Source of the DNA: Pseudomonas aeruginosa PAO1
GTDB lineage: Bacteria; Pseudomonadota; Gammaproteobacteria; Pseudomonadales; Pseudomonadaceae
Direction: 5' to 3' (one strand)
Length of the DNA stretch: 64,000 nucleotides
Assembly (NCBI RefSeq): GCF_000006765.1
Contig: NC_002516.2
Within the stretch, counting starts at the first letter, position 1. Each line of letters opens with the position of its first letter. A model generated the notes under the pieces. The model did not search any database and had not been told where the DNA came from. It worked only from the letters and a program-made list of their open reading frames with translations. Positions 1 through 9,035 of this stretch are shown in pieces. The translations under genes were made by a program, and so were the position numbers.

Positions 1-985
1 CGCGCGGCGCCTGCCGACCTTCTCCGTGGACTTCCCCGGCGAAGGCCGCGGCTTCGTCCCGACGCCCTGGCAAAGCAGCTGGGACGAACCCTATGCGCAG
101 CTGGCGGCGAACTTCCTCGGTACGCCGCACCGTACCGTGCTGGTCGCCCCGGAAGAGGTGCTGGAACAGGACGAGGCGGTGCTCCAGGCCCGCGACCTGC
201 CCGGCTGGGGCGAGCTGGACGCCTCGCTCTACCTGCTGTTCCGCCAGGTCCGCGAGCACACCACGGTGGCACTGTCGGGCGAGTCGGCCGACGAGGTGTT
301 CGGCGGCTACCCGTTCTTCCACGACCCGAGCGCCCTCGCACACGACGGCTTCCCCTGGCTGGCCGGCAAGAGCGGGCCCTGGCAACTGCTGCGGCGGGAG
401 GTCGCCGAACGGGTGGCGGCGCCGGAATACATCCGGGCGCGCTACCGCGAGGCCCTCGCCGAAGTGCCGCGGCTGGATGGCGAGGATGCCGCCCAGCGAC
501 GCCAGCGCGAGGTCGCCTACCTGGCGCTGAGCCGCTGGCTGCCGGCGATGCTCGAACGCAAGGACCGGATGAGCATGGCGGTCGGCCTGGAAGTGCGCGT
601 GCCGTTCTGCGACCACCGCCTGGTGGAGTACGTATGGAACCTGCCCTGGGCGCTGAAGAGCGTCGCCGGGGAAAGCAAGAGCCTGCTGCGCCGGGCCCTG
701 CGCGGGCACCTGCCGCAGGCGATCCTGGAGCGGCGCAAGAGCGGTTTCCCGGCCAACCCCGACCCACGTTACCTGGCGCTGCTGCGCGAGCGGGTCGGCC
801 GCCTGCTCGACGACGGCCGCTCGCCGCTGTTCGAACTGGTGGACGCCGGGCGGGTCCGCCAGGCTCTCGAACAGGGCACGCCGCTGCCCAGCCCGCGTGC
901 CTCGGCGAGCCCGACCGCCGGCCTGGCCTACCTGCTGAACCTGGACCGCTGGCTGACCCGCCATGGGGTCGACATCAGCCTCTGA
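1..985 (+). CDS. Asparagine synthase (glutamine-hydrolysing)-like amidotransferase, C-terminal part (5' end outside window)
   Basis: Motifs LSGESADEVFGGY, KDRMSMAVGLEVRVPFCDH and RKSGFP of the AsnB synthetase domain; the ORF is open from the window edge. Confidence 0.9.
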   Translation, partial: ARRLPTFSVDFPGEGRGFVPTPWQSSWDEPYAQLAANFLGTPHRTVLVAPEEVLEQDEAVLQARDLPGWGELDASLYLLFRQVREHTTVALSGESADEVFGGYPFFHDPSALAHDGFPWLAGKSGPWQLLRREVAERVAAPEYIRARYREALAEVPRLDGEDAAQRRQREVAYLALSRWLPAMLERKDRMSMAVGLEVRVPFCDHRLVEYVWNLPWALKSVAGESKSLLRRALRGHLPQAILERRKSGFPANPDPRYLALLRERVGRLLDDGRSPLFELVDAGRVRQALEQGTPLPSPRASASPTAGLAYLLNLDRWLTRHGVDISL

Positions 986-1012
986 GCGGCACTTTCTTCC
1001 CGGAGGATACTC

Positions 1013-1522
1013 ATGAGCCTTGCCTTGTCCCGTCCCGACAGCGACCTGCTGGCGCGGGTCAGCGATTTCCTCGTCGCCGAAGCCGAGCTGCTCGACGACC
1101 GCCTGCTGGATACCTGGTTCGCGCTGTTCGAGCGCGCCGCACGCTACCGGGTGCTGCCCTTGCAGGAGCAACTGGCCGGCCAGGCGCCGGAGGACAGCCT
1201 GTACATCATCGACGACGACCACGTGCGCCTGCGCGAGCGGGTCGACAGCATCCTCGGCGGGCATACCTGGATGGAGCAGCCGCGCTCGCGCACCCGCCGC
1301 CTGGTGGGCAACGTGCGGCTGAAGCGGGTCGAGGGCGAACTGGTCAGCAGCCGCAGCAACTTCGTCGTCCATCAGTTCCGCAACCGCGAGGCCTGGAGCT
1401 TCGTCGGCGAAGCCAGTCATGTCCTGCGCGACGGCCCCGGGGGCTTGCGCATCGTCTCGCGGGAGATCCGCCTGGACCACGAGACCATCAGCGCCCAGCG
1501 GCGCATCAGCATCATCCTGTGA
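1013..1522 (+). CDS. Aromatic ring-hydroxylating (Rieske) dioxygenase beta subunit
   Basis: 169 aa; EAELLDDR..W, RLRERV, EQPRSRTRRLVGNV and C-terminal R-I-L pattern; GGAGG RBS. Confidence 0.88.
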   Translation: MSLALSRPDSDLLARVSDFLVAEAELLDDRLLDTWFALFERAARYRVLPLQEQLAGQAPEDSLYIIDDDHVRLRERVDSILGGHTWMEQPRSRTRRLVGNVRLKRVEGELVSSRSNFVVHQFRNREAWSFVGEASHVLRDGPGGLRIVSREIRLDHETISAQRRISIIL

Positions 1523-1532
1523 GGCGCCGCCC

Positions 1533-2435
1533 ATGAATACCGATCCGTTGCTGCCCGGCTTCGACTACCTGACCCTGCACACCTCCGCCGCGCGCCTCCG
1601 CGTCGCCGTGAAGGGCAGCGGCCCGCCGCTGCTGCTGTTGCATGGCTATCCGCAGACCCACCTGGCCTGGCATCGCATCGCTCCGCGCCTGGCCGAGGAC
1701 TACAGCGTGGTCCTCGCCGACCTGCGCGGCTATGGCGAATCGCGGGCGCTGGACGAGGAGGGCGCCGACTATTCCAAGGCCGCGCTGGCCCGCGACCAAC
1801 TGGAAACGATGGGCCAGCTAGGCTTCGAACGCTTCGCGGTGATCGGCCACGACCGCGGCGCGCGGGTCGGCTATCGCCTGGCGCTGGACCATCCGCAAGC
1901 GGTCGCGGCCTTCGTCTCGCTGACCGTGGTGCCGATCCTCGACAACTGGGCCGCGGTGAACAAGGTCTTCGCCCTCAACGCCTACCACTGGTTCCTCCTC
2001 GCCCAGCCGTACGACCTGCCGGAGCGCCTGATCGGCGCCGATCCGGAGCACTTCCTCGACTACACCCTGCGACGCATGGCCCAGGGCCGCGACATCTACC
2101 ACCCGCAGGCGCTGGAAAGTTACCGCCGGGCGTTCCGCGACCCCGCCGTGCGCCATGCGATGTGCGAGGACTACCGGGCCGCGGTGGGCGTCGATGCCGA
2201 CGCCGACCAGGCCGATCGCGACGCCGGCCGGCGCCTGCAATGCCCGGTCCAGGTGCTCTGGCAGGAGCGCCCCTACGCCGCCGGGCAGCATCCGCTGGAA
2301 ATCTGGAAGACCTGGGCCGGGCAGGTCGAGGGCGCCGCCATCGGCGCCAGCCACATGCTTCCCGAGGACGCGCCGGACGCCGTGCTGGAGCACCTGCTGG
2401 GGTTTCTCGCCAGCCACCGGGAGGCGCTCCGATGA
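1533..2435 (+). CDS. Alpha/beta hydrolase, haloacetate (fluoroacetate) dehalogenase / epoxide hydrolase family
   Basis: HGYPQTH oxyanion motif, GHDRGARV nucleophile elbow, YHWFLLAQP, EDYRA, catalytic His in SHMLPED; start chosen at MNTDPLL. Confidence 0.85.
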   Translation: MNTDPLLPGFDYLTLHTSAARLRVAVKGSGPPLLLLHGYPQTHLAWHRIAPRLAEDYSVVLADLRGYGESRALDEEGADYSKAALARDQLETMGQLGFERFAVIGHDRGARVGYRLALDHPQAVAAFVSLTVVPILDNWAAVNKVFALNAYHWFLLAQPYDLPERLIGADPEHFLDYTLRRMAQGRDIYHPQALESYRRAFRDPAVRHAMCEDYRAAVGVDADADQADRDAGRRLQCPVQVLWQERPYAAGQHPLEIWKTWAGQVEGAAIGASHMLPEDAPDAVLEHLLGFLASHREALR

Positions 2436-3088
2436 GCGCCGTCGAACGCGATCCGGCGGCGCAGGCGACGCTCTGGCGACAGCGGGTGTTCGAGGTGCAC
2501 GCGGCGATGTCCGCCTACGTCGCCGAGCGCCATCGGCGTGAAGACCTGGGGGACTGGGTGGCGACCAGCGCGCGGATATTCGCCGATCTGCCGGCGACCG
2601 ACGACCTGCGCGCCGAAGCCTGGCAGGCGGTGTTCTTCCGCGCCCAGGCGCTGATCGAACAGTTCATCGTCGCGCGCCCGGCGGATTACCGGCTCGACGA
2701 CTGGGCGCGCGCCACCGCGCGGATCTATCGCGCGCTGGAACCGGCGGGGCGGGGCGATCCGGCCAGCGCCGCCGACCGTCTGGCACGCCAGGCCGCGCTC
2801 TACGGTTCGCGTTTCGAGGTGCAGGCCGAGGCTGACGGGCGCGCGGTATTCCACAACCGTCACTGCGCGATCTGGGACTACCGCGAGCGCGCCCGCGCCC
2901 GAGGCGTGCCGATCACCCTGGAGTCGGCCTGCACCTATTGCACCAAGCTGCTGTCGGCGTTCGTCACCGCCAGCGATTGCCGCGCCGACTGGCGGCTCTA
3001 CGAAGAGCCGCAAGGCCACGGCTGCGTATGGACCATCACGGCGGACAGCCTCAACCAAGGAGCAGGCGTACATGAACGCGATCATTGA
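2432..3088 (+). CDS. Hypothetical protein with HC..C-x2-C motif (V4R / ATC-hydrolase-like fold suspected)
   Basis: ATGA overlap with the upstream gene, typical codon usage, 218 aa. Confidence 0.7.
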   Translation: MSAVERDPAAQATLWRQRVFEVHAAMSAYVAERHRREDLGDWVATSARIFADLPATDDLRAEAWQAVFFRAQALIEQFIVARPADYRLDDWARATARIYRALEPAGRGDPASAADRLARQAALYGSRFEVQAEADGRAVFHNRHCAIWDYRERARARGVPITLESACTYCTKLLSAFVTASDCRADWRLYEEPQGHGCVWTITADSLNQGAGVHERDH

Positions 3089-3920
3089 ACAGGCGCGCAG
3101 CCTGGACGGCTACCAGGATTCCAGCGAACTGCTGCAACGTCGCGACCAGGACTGGGTGCTCGACCGCGCCGGCATCGAGCCGCGCAGCCTGCTCGATCTC
3201 GGCTGCGGCATCGGCTCGCTGCTGCTCGGTGGCGCCCGGCGCTGGCCCGGCCTGCAACGGTTGTGGGGCATCGAACGTTCGCCGCTACGCCTGGAGCAGG
3301 CGCGCGCGCAGTTGCGCGGGGCTGGCGTCGAGGCGCGTCTGCTGGAGGGCGACCTGCTCGACCTGCCGCCGCTGGCGGAACGCTTCGAGCTGATCAGCAT
3401 GACCGCCGTGCTGCACTGGCTGTATCCCGATGAAGAGCGGCTGTTCCGGTGGGTCGCGCGGCACCTCGAGGCGCAGGGGGTATTCCTGTTCACCTCACAC
3501 CATCCGTTCGCCGAGGATGGCCTCGGCGGCGAGGACGACCTGGTCGCCCAGGCCCTGGTCGAGATGGGCCTGGCTGCGCCGGAACGGGTGGCGGCGCTCT
3601 ACGCGGAAGCCGGGCTGCTGCCGATGGGAACCCGCACCCGTGGCCGGGAGGCGTTGCGCGAACGCGTCGAACGACACTTCCGGGTCGACTCCATCGTCTC
3701 CCGCCCGGCGGTCCTGCGTGTCGCCGACTCCGCCGAATACCAGCGTTTCCACGCCGCCACCTTCGGCACCTATTTCGCACCGCTGGTGCCGGCGACGCGC
3801 CTGGAGGAATTCTTCGTCCGCCTCGGGCGGATCGCCGAGCGGCGCATGCAGGCCGACGGACAGGTCAGCGAAATCCCGGTCAGTGTCTGGCGCTGCCGGG
3901 CTCGGGAGGGCGAGGCATAA
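3072..3920 (+). CDS. Class I SAM-dependent methyltransferase
   Basis: Motif I LLDLGCGIG, EGDLLDL, TAVLHW. Confidence 0.88.
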   Translation: MNAIIEQARSLDGYQDSSELLQRRDQDWVLDRAGIEPRSLLDLGCGIGSLLLGGARRWPGLQRLWGIERSPLRLEQARAQLRGAGVEARLLEGDLLDLPPLAERFELISMTAVLHWLYPDEERLFRWVARHLEAQGVFLFTSHHPFAEDGLGGEDDLVAQALVEMGLAAPERVAALYAEAGLLPMGTRTRGREALRERVERHFRVDSIVSRPAVLRVADSAEYQRFHAATFGTYFAPLVPATRLEEFFVRLGRIAERRMQADGQVSEIPVSVWRCRAREGEA

Positions 3921-4011
3921 CCTTATGCGCAATCGGTCTGCCGCGCGGCTGAAAATCGGTACGGGCAATTGCACTCGGTGGCATCCGCAACCGATCAAGG
4001 ATGAACCGACC

Positions 4012-6663
4012 ATGTCCAACCCGCGTTCGCCACGTCTTCGACTTGTCCCCGTGCTCTGCGCGGTCGGCCTGGCCTGCCTTGGCCAGCCCGGCGAGTCGGC
4101 GGCAGAGGAGGTCCGCGCCACCAGCAGCGCCGAGATCCAGCGCTTCGACATCCCGGCCGGCGAACTGGCCCAGGTACTGCTGAGCATAGTCCGCCAGAGT
4201 CGCACCCCGATCGCCTTCGACCAGCACCTGGTGGAGGGCCTGCCGGCACCGGCGATCCAGGGCTCCTACAGCGTCGAGCAGGCGCTGCAGCGGGCCTTGC
4301 AGGGCAGCGGCCTGGAATACAGCCGCAGCGCCGCCGGCGTGCTCAGCCTGCAACGCGCCACGGCGCCGGATGCCGCGCTGCCGGCGGCGAAGCCCGCCGG
4401 GACCCTGGCCACGGTGGTGGTCACCGGCACCCGCAAGGCCGATGTCAAGGCCGGCGAGAGCCTGGCACCGATCGATGTGGTCAGCGCCGAGCAATTGCGC
4501 GACAGTGGTAGCGGCGACCTGCGCGACGCCCTGGTGCGCCTGCTGCCCTCGCTGTCGCGCCAGGCCCAGGCCTACAACGCTTCGGCGCTGACCAACGCGC
4601 AGTCGCTGCGCGGCCTGAGTCCCAACCACGTGCTGGTGCTGGTGAACGGCAAGCGCCGTCACGAGACCGCCAACATCAATGTCAGCGGCGGGCTGCAGAG
4701 CGGCTCCACCGGGGTCGACCTGGATACCATCCCGCTCGCCGCCATCGAGCGCATCGAGGTGCTGCGCGACGGCGCCTCGGCGCAGTACGGCTCGGACGCC
4801 ATCGCCGGGGTGATCAACGTCATCCTCAAGTCGGCCGACCACGGCGGCCGGCTCGCCTACGACAACGGTCGCTACGGCGATGGCGACGGCCTGACCCAGA
4901 ACGGCGGGGTGAATGGCGGCCTGCGTTTCGGCGAGAGCGGTTTCCTCAACCTCAGCGCGCAGTTCCGCGAACAGGCGCGGACCATCCGCGCCGGCATCGA
5001 CCAGCGTACCGGGCACTACGGCAACCCGTCCATCGGCGACCCTTCGCTGCACCGCCAGGCGCTGGCCTACAACGCCGGCGTGGCGCTGGACGACAACGTC
5101 GAGCTGTACAGCTTCGCCACCTATACCCATCGCTCGGTGTCCTCGGCGCAGATCTACCAGTTGCCGTCCCTGGCGCCGCGACTCTATCCGAACGGCTTCA
5201 CCCCGCGCATCACCAGCGACGAGGACGACTATTCGCTGACCCTCGGCGCCCGTGGCGGCGAGCTGTTCGGCGCCTGGGACTGGGACCTCAGTTCGACCTA
5301 CGGTGCCGACCGCCCGGAGATCGGCATGGACCATTCGATCAACCTCGCCCTCTACGGCGAGACCGGCGATTCGCCGCGCTCCTTCGACCTGGCGCGCTAC
5401 AAGGCCACCCAGTGGACCAACAATCTCGACCTGCGCCGCGACTTCGACCTCGCCTGGCTGCCGGCGCCGCTGAATTTCTCCTGGGGCCTGGAGCAGCGCC
5501 GCGAGCTCTACGAGGTCGAGGCCGGCGATCCTTGGTCCTACTACAACGGCGGTTCCAAGGCACTCCCCGGGCAGGCGCCGGCCACCGCCGGACAGTGGAG
5601 CCGCGACGTGCTCGGCGCCTATCTCGACCTGTCCATCGCCCTCGACGAGCGCTGGCAACTGGAGACGGCGGCGCGCTACGAGCACTACAGCGACTTCGGC
5701 AGCACCACCAACGGCAAGCTCGCCAGCCGCTACCGCTTCAGCCCCGAGGTATCGGCGCGGGCCAGTCTCAGCAGCGGCTTCCGCGCGCCGTCGCTGGCCC
5801 AGGAGAACTACACCAGCCTGGGCGTCTCGCCGACCATCGCCAGCGGCCTGCTGGCGGTCAACTCGCCGGCGGCCAGGCTGCTCGGCGCCGAAGACCTGGA
5901 GCCGGAAAAATCGATCAGCTACAACCTCGGCCTGGTGCTCGATCCCTTGCCGGACCTGAACCTGGCCATCGACGCCTATCGCATCGAGATCCGCGACCGC
6001 ATCGTCGACGGTGCCACCTATTCCGGACAGCCGGCGATCGATGCGCTGCGCGCCGGCGGGATCAGCATCCCGGCCGGACTGACCCAGGTCAGCACCCACT
6101 ACATGACCAACGGCGCCGACACCCGTACCCACGGCCTCGACCTCACCGCCAGCTACCTGACCCGGCTCGGCGAGTGGGGCCGGATCGACTGGCGCCTGGG
6201 CGCCAACGTCAATCGCACGAAGCTGGTCAGGAATCATCGCGGGCGCAACGGCCAGCCGCTGCTCAACGACCAGCAGCAGGCCTGGATCACCAGCTCCACG
6301 CCGCGCAGCCAGGTCAGCCTGCAGGCCGACTGGAGTTACCGGCGCTGGGGCCTGACCCTGCGCGAAACGCGCTACAGCAAGACGGTTTCCGAACTGGACT
6401 ACTACACCGGCGAGCATGCCTATTCGACCACGGTCTTCAACCGCTTCGAGAACTCGCCCAAGTACATCACCGACGTTGCCCTGCGCTATGCGGCGAGCCG
6501 CAACCTGACCCTGAGCGCCGGGGCCAACAATCTGTTCGACGTGAAGCCCGACAAGCTGCCGGCCGAGAGCGCCTACCTCGGCTTCAACCAGTACGACACC
6601 TATGCCTCGCAGATCAGCTTCAACGGCGCCTTCTACTACCTCGGCGCGGCCTACACCTTCTAA
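4012..6663 (+). CDS. TonB-dependent receptor/transducer with N-terminal signalling (STN) domain
   Basis: Signal peptide, FDIPAGEL STN domain, TonB box VVVTGTR, plug motif IERIEVLRDGASAQYGSDAIAGVINVI, C-terminal Phe. Confidence 0.93.
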   Translation: MSNPRSPRLRLVPVLCAVGLACLGQPGESAAEEVRATSSAEIQRFDIPAGELAQVLLSIVRQSRTPIAFDQHLVEGLPAPAIQGSYSVEQALQRALQGSGLEYSRSAAGVLSLQRATAPDAALPAAKPAGTLATVVVTGTRKADVKAGESLAPIDVVSAEQLRDSGSGDLRDALVRLLPSLSRQAQAYNASALTNAQSLRGLSPNHVLVLVNGKRRHETANINVSGGLQSGSTGVDLDTIPLAAIERIEVLRDGASAQYGSDAIAGVINVILKSADHGGRLAYDNGRYGDGDGLTQNGGVNGGLRFGESGFLNLSAQFREQARTIRAGIDQRTGHYGNPSIGDPSLHRQALAYNAGVALDDNVELYSFATYTHRSVSSAQIYQLPSLAPRLYPNGFTPRITSDEDDYSLTLGARGGELFGAWDWDLSSTYGADRPEIGMDHSINLALYGETGDSPRSFDLARYKATQWTNNLDLRRDFDLAWLPAPLNFSWGLEQRRELYEVEAGDPWSYYNGGSKALPGQAPATAGQWSRDVLGAYLDLSIALDERWQLETAARYEHYSDFGSTTNGKLASRYRFSPEVSARASLSSGFRAPSLAQENYTSLGVSPTIASGLLAVNSPAARLLGAEDLEPEKSISYNLGLVLDPLPDLNLAIDAYRIEIRDRIVDGATYSGQPAIDALRAGGISIPAGLTQVSTHYMTNGADTRTHGLDLTASYLTRLGEWGRIDWRLGANVNRTKLVRNHRGRNGQPLLNDQQQAWITSSTPRSQVSLQADWSYRRWGLTLRETRYSKTVSELDYYTGEHAYSTTVFNRFENSPKYITDVALRYAASRNLTLSAGANNLFDVKPDKLPAESAYLGFNQYDTYASQISFNGAFYYLGAAYTF

Positions 6664-6675
6664 GGAGGACGAACC

Positions 6676-7755
6676 ATGAGCATCGAACTGCGCGGCGGCG
6701 TGCGCGCCTCCGCAGTCATCGGCGACAGTGCCTTCGCCCGCCAGGCCGCGCGTTTCCTGCCGGACACCCGCAGTCGCGCGGTGAGCGCCTTCGACATCCA
6801 GCAGAAGGCCCGCCTGGAAGAGGCGGACGGCCTCGACGGCGCGCTGTTCACCGTTTCCGCTGCCTGGCCCGACCCCTGGCTGGTCGCCGGCTGGGCTTTG
6901 GCCGCGGCGCCGCGCCTGCGCGCCACCGTCGCGCACCGACCGGGGAGCGCCCAGCCGACCGTTGCCGCGCGCGCCCTGGCCACTCTCGACGGCCTGTCCA
7001 ACGGGCGCGCCGGCGTACACCTGGTGATCGGCTCCAGCGACGCCGACGTGCGCCGCGACGGCGACTTCGCCGACAAGGACGAACGCTACCGGCGCGCCGT
7101 GGAGTACCTGGAGGTCTTCACCCGCGCCCTGGAAAGCCGCGAACCCTTCGACTACCACGGCGAGTTCTACCGGCTGGAGGACGCCGGCAGCGGCTTCCTG
7201 CCGATCCAGCGGCCGCGCCCGCCGCTATCCGTTGGCGGCTCCTCGGCGCAGGCACAACGCCTGGCGGTGCGCTTCGCCGACGTCTACGCCGGCCACTTCG
7301 CCAGCCCCACGCAGACCGCGGAGCTCAAGCGCAGGCTGAACGAGGAGGCGGCGGAGCAGGGACGGCGGCTGAAGTTCTGGAAGCACTTCCAGGTGATCCT
7401 CGGCGACAGTCCGGCGGCGGCCCTGGACATCGCCGAGCACTACCGCCAGGCCGCTTTCGAACTGCTTCTGGCACGGCCCCTCGACGAACTGGCGGCATCG
7501 CCGCAGGTCGCCCGCGACGGCGAGCGCGACCGGCTCGCCCGGCTGGAGCCGGAGGCCTTGCGCGAATGGGTGGCGAATACCGTGCAGCGCAGCTTCGCCG
7601 GGGTGCTGGTGGGCAGCGTCGGCGAGGTGGCGGAACAGATCCTGGCCTTTCATCGCGCCGGCATCGAGATCGTCCAGCTTGAGGCCACCACCGAGAACGC
7701 CGAGGACATCCGCTTGCGCCGCCAACTGATCGAGCGCCTGAGGCGCGTCGCATGA
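6676..7755 (+). CDS. Luciferase-like flavin-dependent monooxygenase (SsuD/MsuD-like)
   Basis: HRPG, LATLDGLSNGR, ERYRRAVEYLEV, FDYHGEFY, GGSS and LVGS motifs. Confidence 0.85.
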   Translation: MSIELRGGVRASAVIGDSAFARQAARFLPDTRSRAVSAFDIQQKARLEEADGLDGALFTVSAAWPDPWLVAGWALAAAPRLRATVAHRPGSAQPTVAARALATLDGLSNGRAGVHLVIGSSDADVRRDGDFADKDERYRRAVEYLEVFTRALESREPFDYHGEFYRLEDAGSGFLPIQRPRPPLSVGGSSAQAQRLAVRFADVYAGHFASPTQTAELKRRLNEEAAEQGRRLKFWKHFQVILGDSPAAALDIAEHYRQAAFELLLARPLDELAASPQVARDGERDRLARLEPEALREWVANTVQRSFAGVLVGSVGEVAEQILAFHRAGIEIVQLEATTENAEDIRLRRQLIERLRRVA

Positions 7756-9035
7756 GCGGCGTCGCCCGCGAGGCCATGGAGGACGTCGCGCCGGCGGCGC
7801 CTGGCGTCGGCGAGTTCGGCGTGGCCAGTTGTGGGGTGCTGCTGGCCTCGGTAGTGGGGGTGATCTTCGGCCCCACCGGGCTGGTGATCAGCAGCTTCTC
7901 GCTGTTCATCGAGCCGATCGCTGCCGACCTGGACTGGGACCGCGGCCAGTCGGCGCTGCCGGTGACCCTGCTGGGCCTGGCGGTAGCCCTGAGCAGCCCG
8001 CTGAAGGGCTGGCTGGTGGATCGCTGGGGCGCGCGCGCCCTGGTCCTGCCGCTGACCGCCGCGCTGGCCCTGTGCCTGGCCAGCCTGGCGCTGGCGCGCA
8101 GCGGCTGGCAGCTATACCTGCTGTTCGCGCTGCTCGGCCTGCTGACGCCGGGCAACATTCCCTATGCGCGGATTCTCGGCGGCTGGTTCGAGCGTCGTCG
8201 CGGCGCGGCCTACGGCATCCTCGGACTCGGCTTCGGCGTCGGCGGGCCGCTGGCGCTGTACCTGGGCAGCGCCTGCATCGACGCCTTCGGCTGGCGCGCC
8301 ACCTTCCTCGTCTATGGCCTGCTCGAAGGCCTCCTGGCGCTGCCGCTGCTCTATGCGTTGTTCCGCGAGCGACCCGGCGACCTGCCGCAGGCGCGGCGCA
8401 CGCCAGCCGACGCGCTGCCCGGAGCGACGCCAGGCCAGGCCTGGCGCTCGGCGGACTTCTGGCTGATCGTCGGCAACCTGATCCTCGGCGTGTTCGCCGT
8501 CACTGGCGTGATGGTGCATGGCGTGCCGCTGTTGCAGGAGCGCGGCCTGTCGCGGGAAGTCGCCACCGACGTGCTGGCGGCGCTGTGGGTCGGCATGATC
8601 GTTTCGCAACCGGCGCTGGGCTACCTGCTGGACCGCTACGACACCCCGCGCATCGCCTTGCCGTTCGCCCTGCTGGCGGCGCTCGGGCTGCTGCTCCTGC
8701 TCCTTGGCGGACCGCCGGCGCTGCTCTGGGGCGCGGTGTTCCTGATCGGCCTGGGCGCCGGCGGCGAGACCGGCACCACCCAGTACTTCGTCAGCCGCTA
8801 CTTCGGCCTGCGCCATTTCAGCGTGATCTATGGCTCGATCCAGCCCTTCACCTTCGCCATCGCCATCAGCCTGGGGTCCTGGCTGCTGGGTTACTTCTAC
8901 GACCGCGCGGGCTCCTACGCGGGCTCGACGCTGGTCCTGCTCGGCGCGTTCGGCGTGGCGGCAGGGCTGCTGGTCATGCTCGGGCGCTATCGCTACGCCA
9001 TCGACGGGGAGGCACGCAGCCATGGGCGAGACTGA
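7752..9035 (+). CDS. MFS transporter
   Basis: About 12 hydrophobic segments; GWLVDRWGAR and GYLLDRYD motif A. Confidence 0.88.
   Translation: MSGVAREAMEDVAPAAPGVGEFGVASCGVLLASVVGVIFGPTGLVISSFSLFIEPIAADLDWDRGQSALPVTLLGLAVALSSPLKGWLVDRWGARALVLPLTAALALCLASLALARSGWQLYLLFALLGLLTPGNIPYARILGGWFERRRGAAYGILGLGFGVGGPLALYLGSACIDAFGWRATFLVYGLLEGLLALPLLYALFRERPGDLPQARRTPADALPGATPGQAWRSADFWLIVGNLILGVFAVTGVMVHGVPLLQERGLSREVATDVLAALWVGMIVSQPALGYLLDRYDTPRIALPFALLAALGLLLLLLGGPPALLWGAVFLIGLGAGGETGTTQYFVSRYFGLRHFSVIYGSIQPFTFAIAISLGSWLLGYFYDRAGSYAGSTLVLLGAFGVAAGLLVMLGRYRYAIDGEARSHGRD

Noticed and set aside
3430-4011. N-terminal extension of the TonB receptor in the ORF track (and similar extensions at 8830, 10626, 27130-28908, 32223, 45905-46759, 50353 and 62524)
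   Set aside because: The extensions overlap upstream genes; downstream starts with RBS, signal peptides or ATGA coupling fit the families better
3880-7158. 1092-aa minus-strand ORF, and similar long antisense ORFs at 41978-44104, 49829-51916 and 58975-62169
   Set aside because: Shadow ORFs opposite well-supported genes; stop-codon scarcity follows from high GC3; no recognisable motifs
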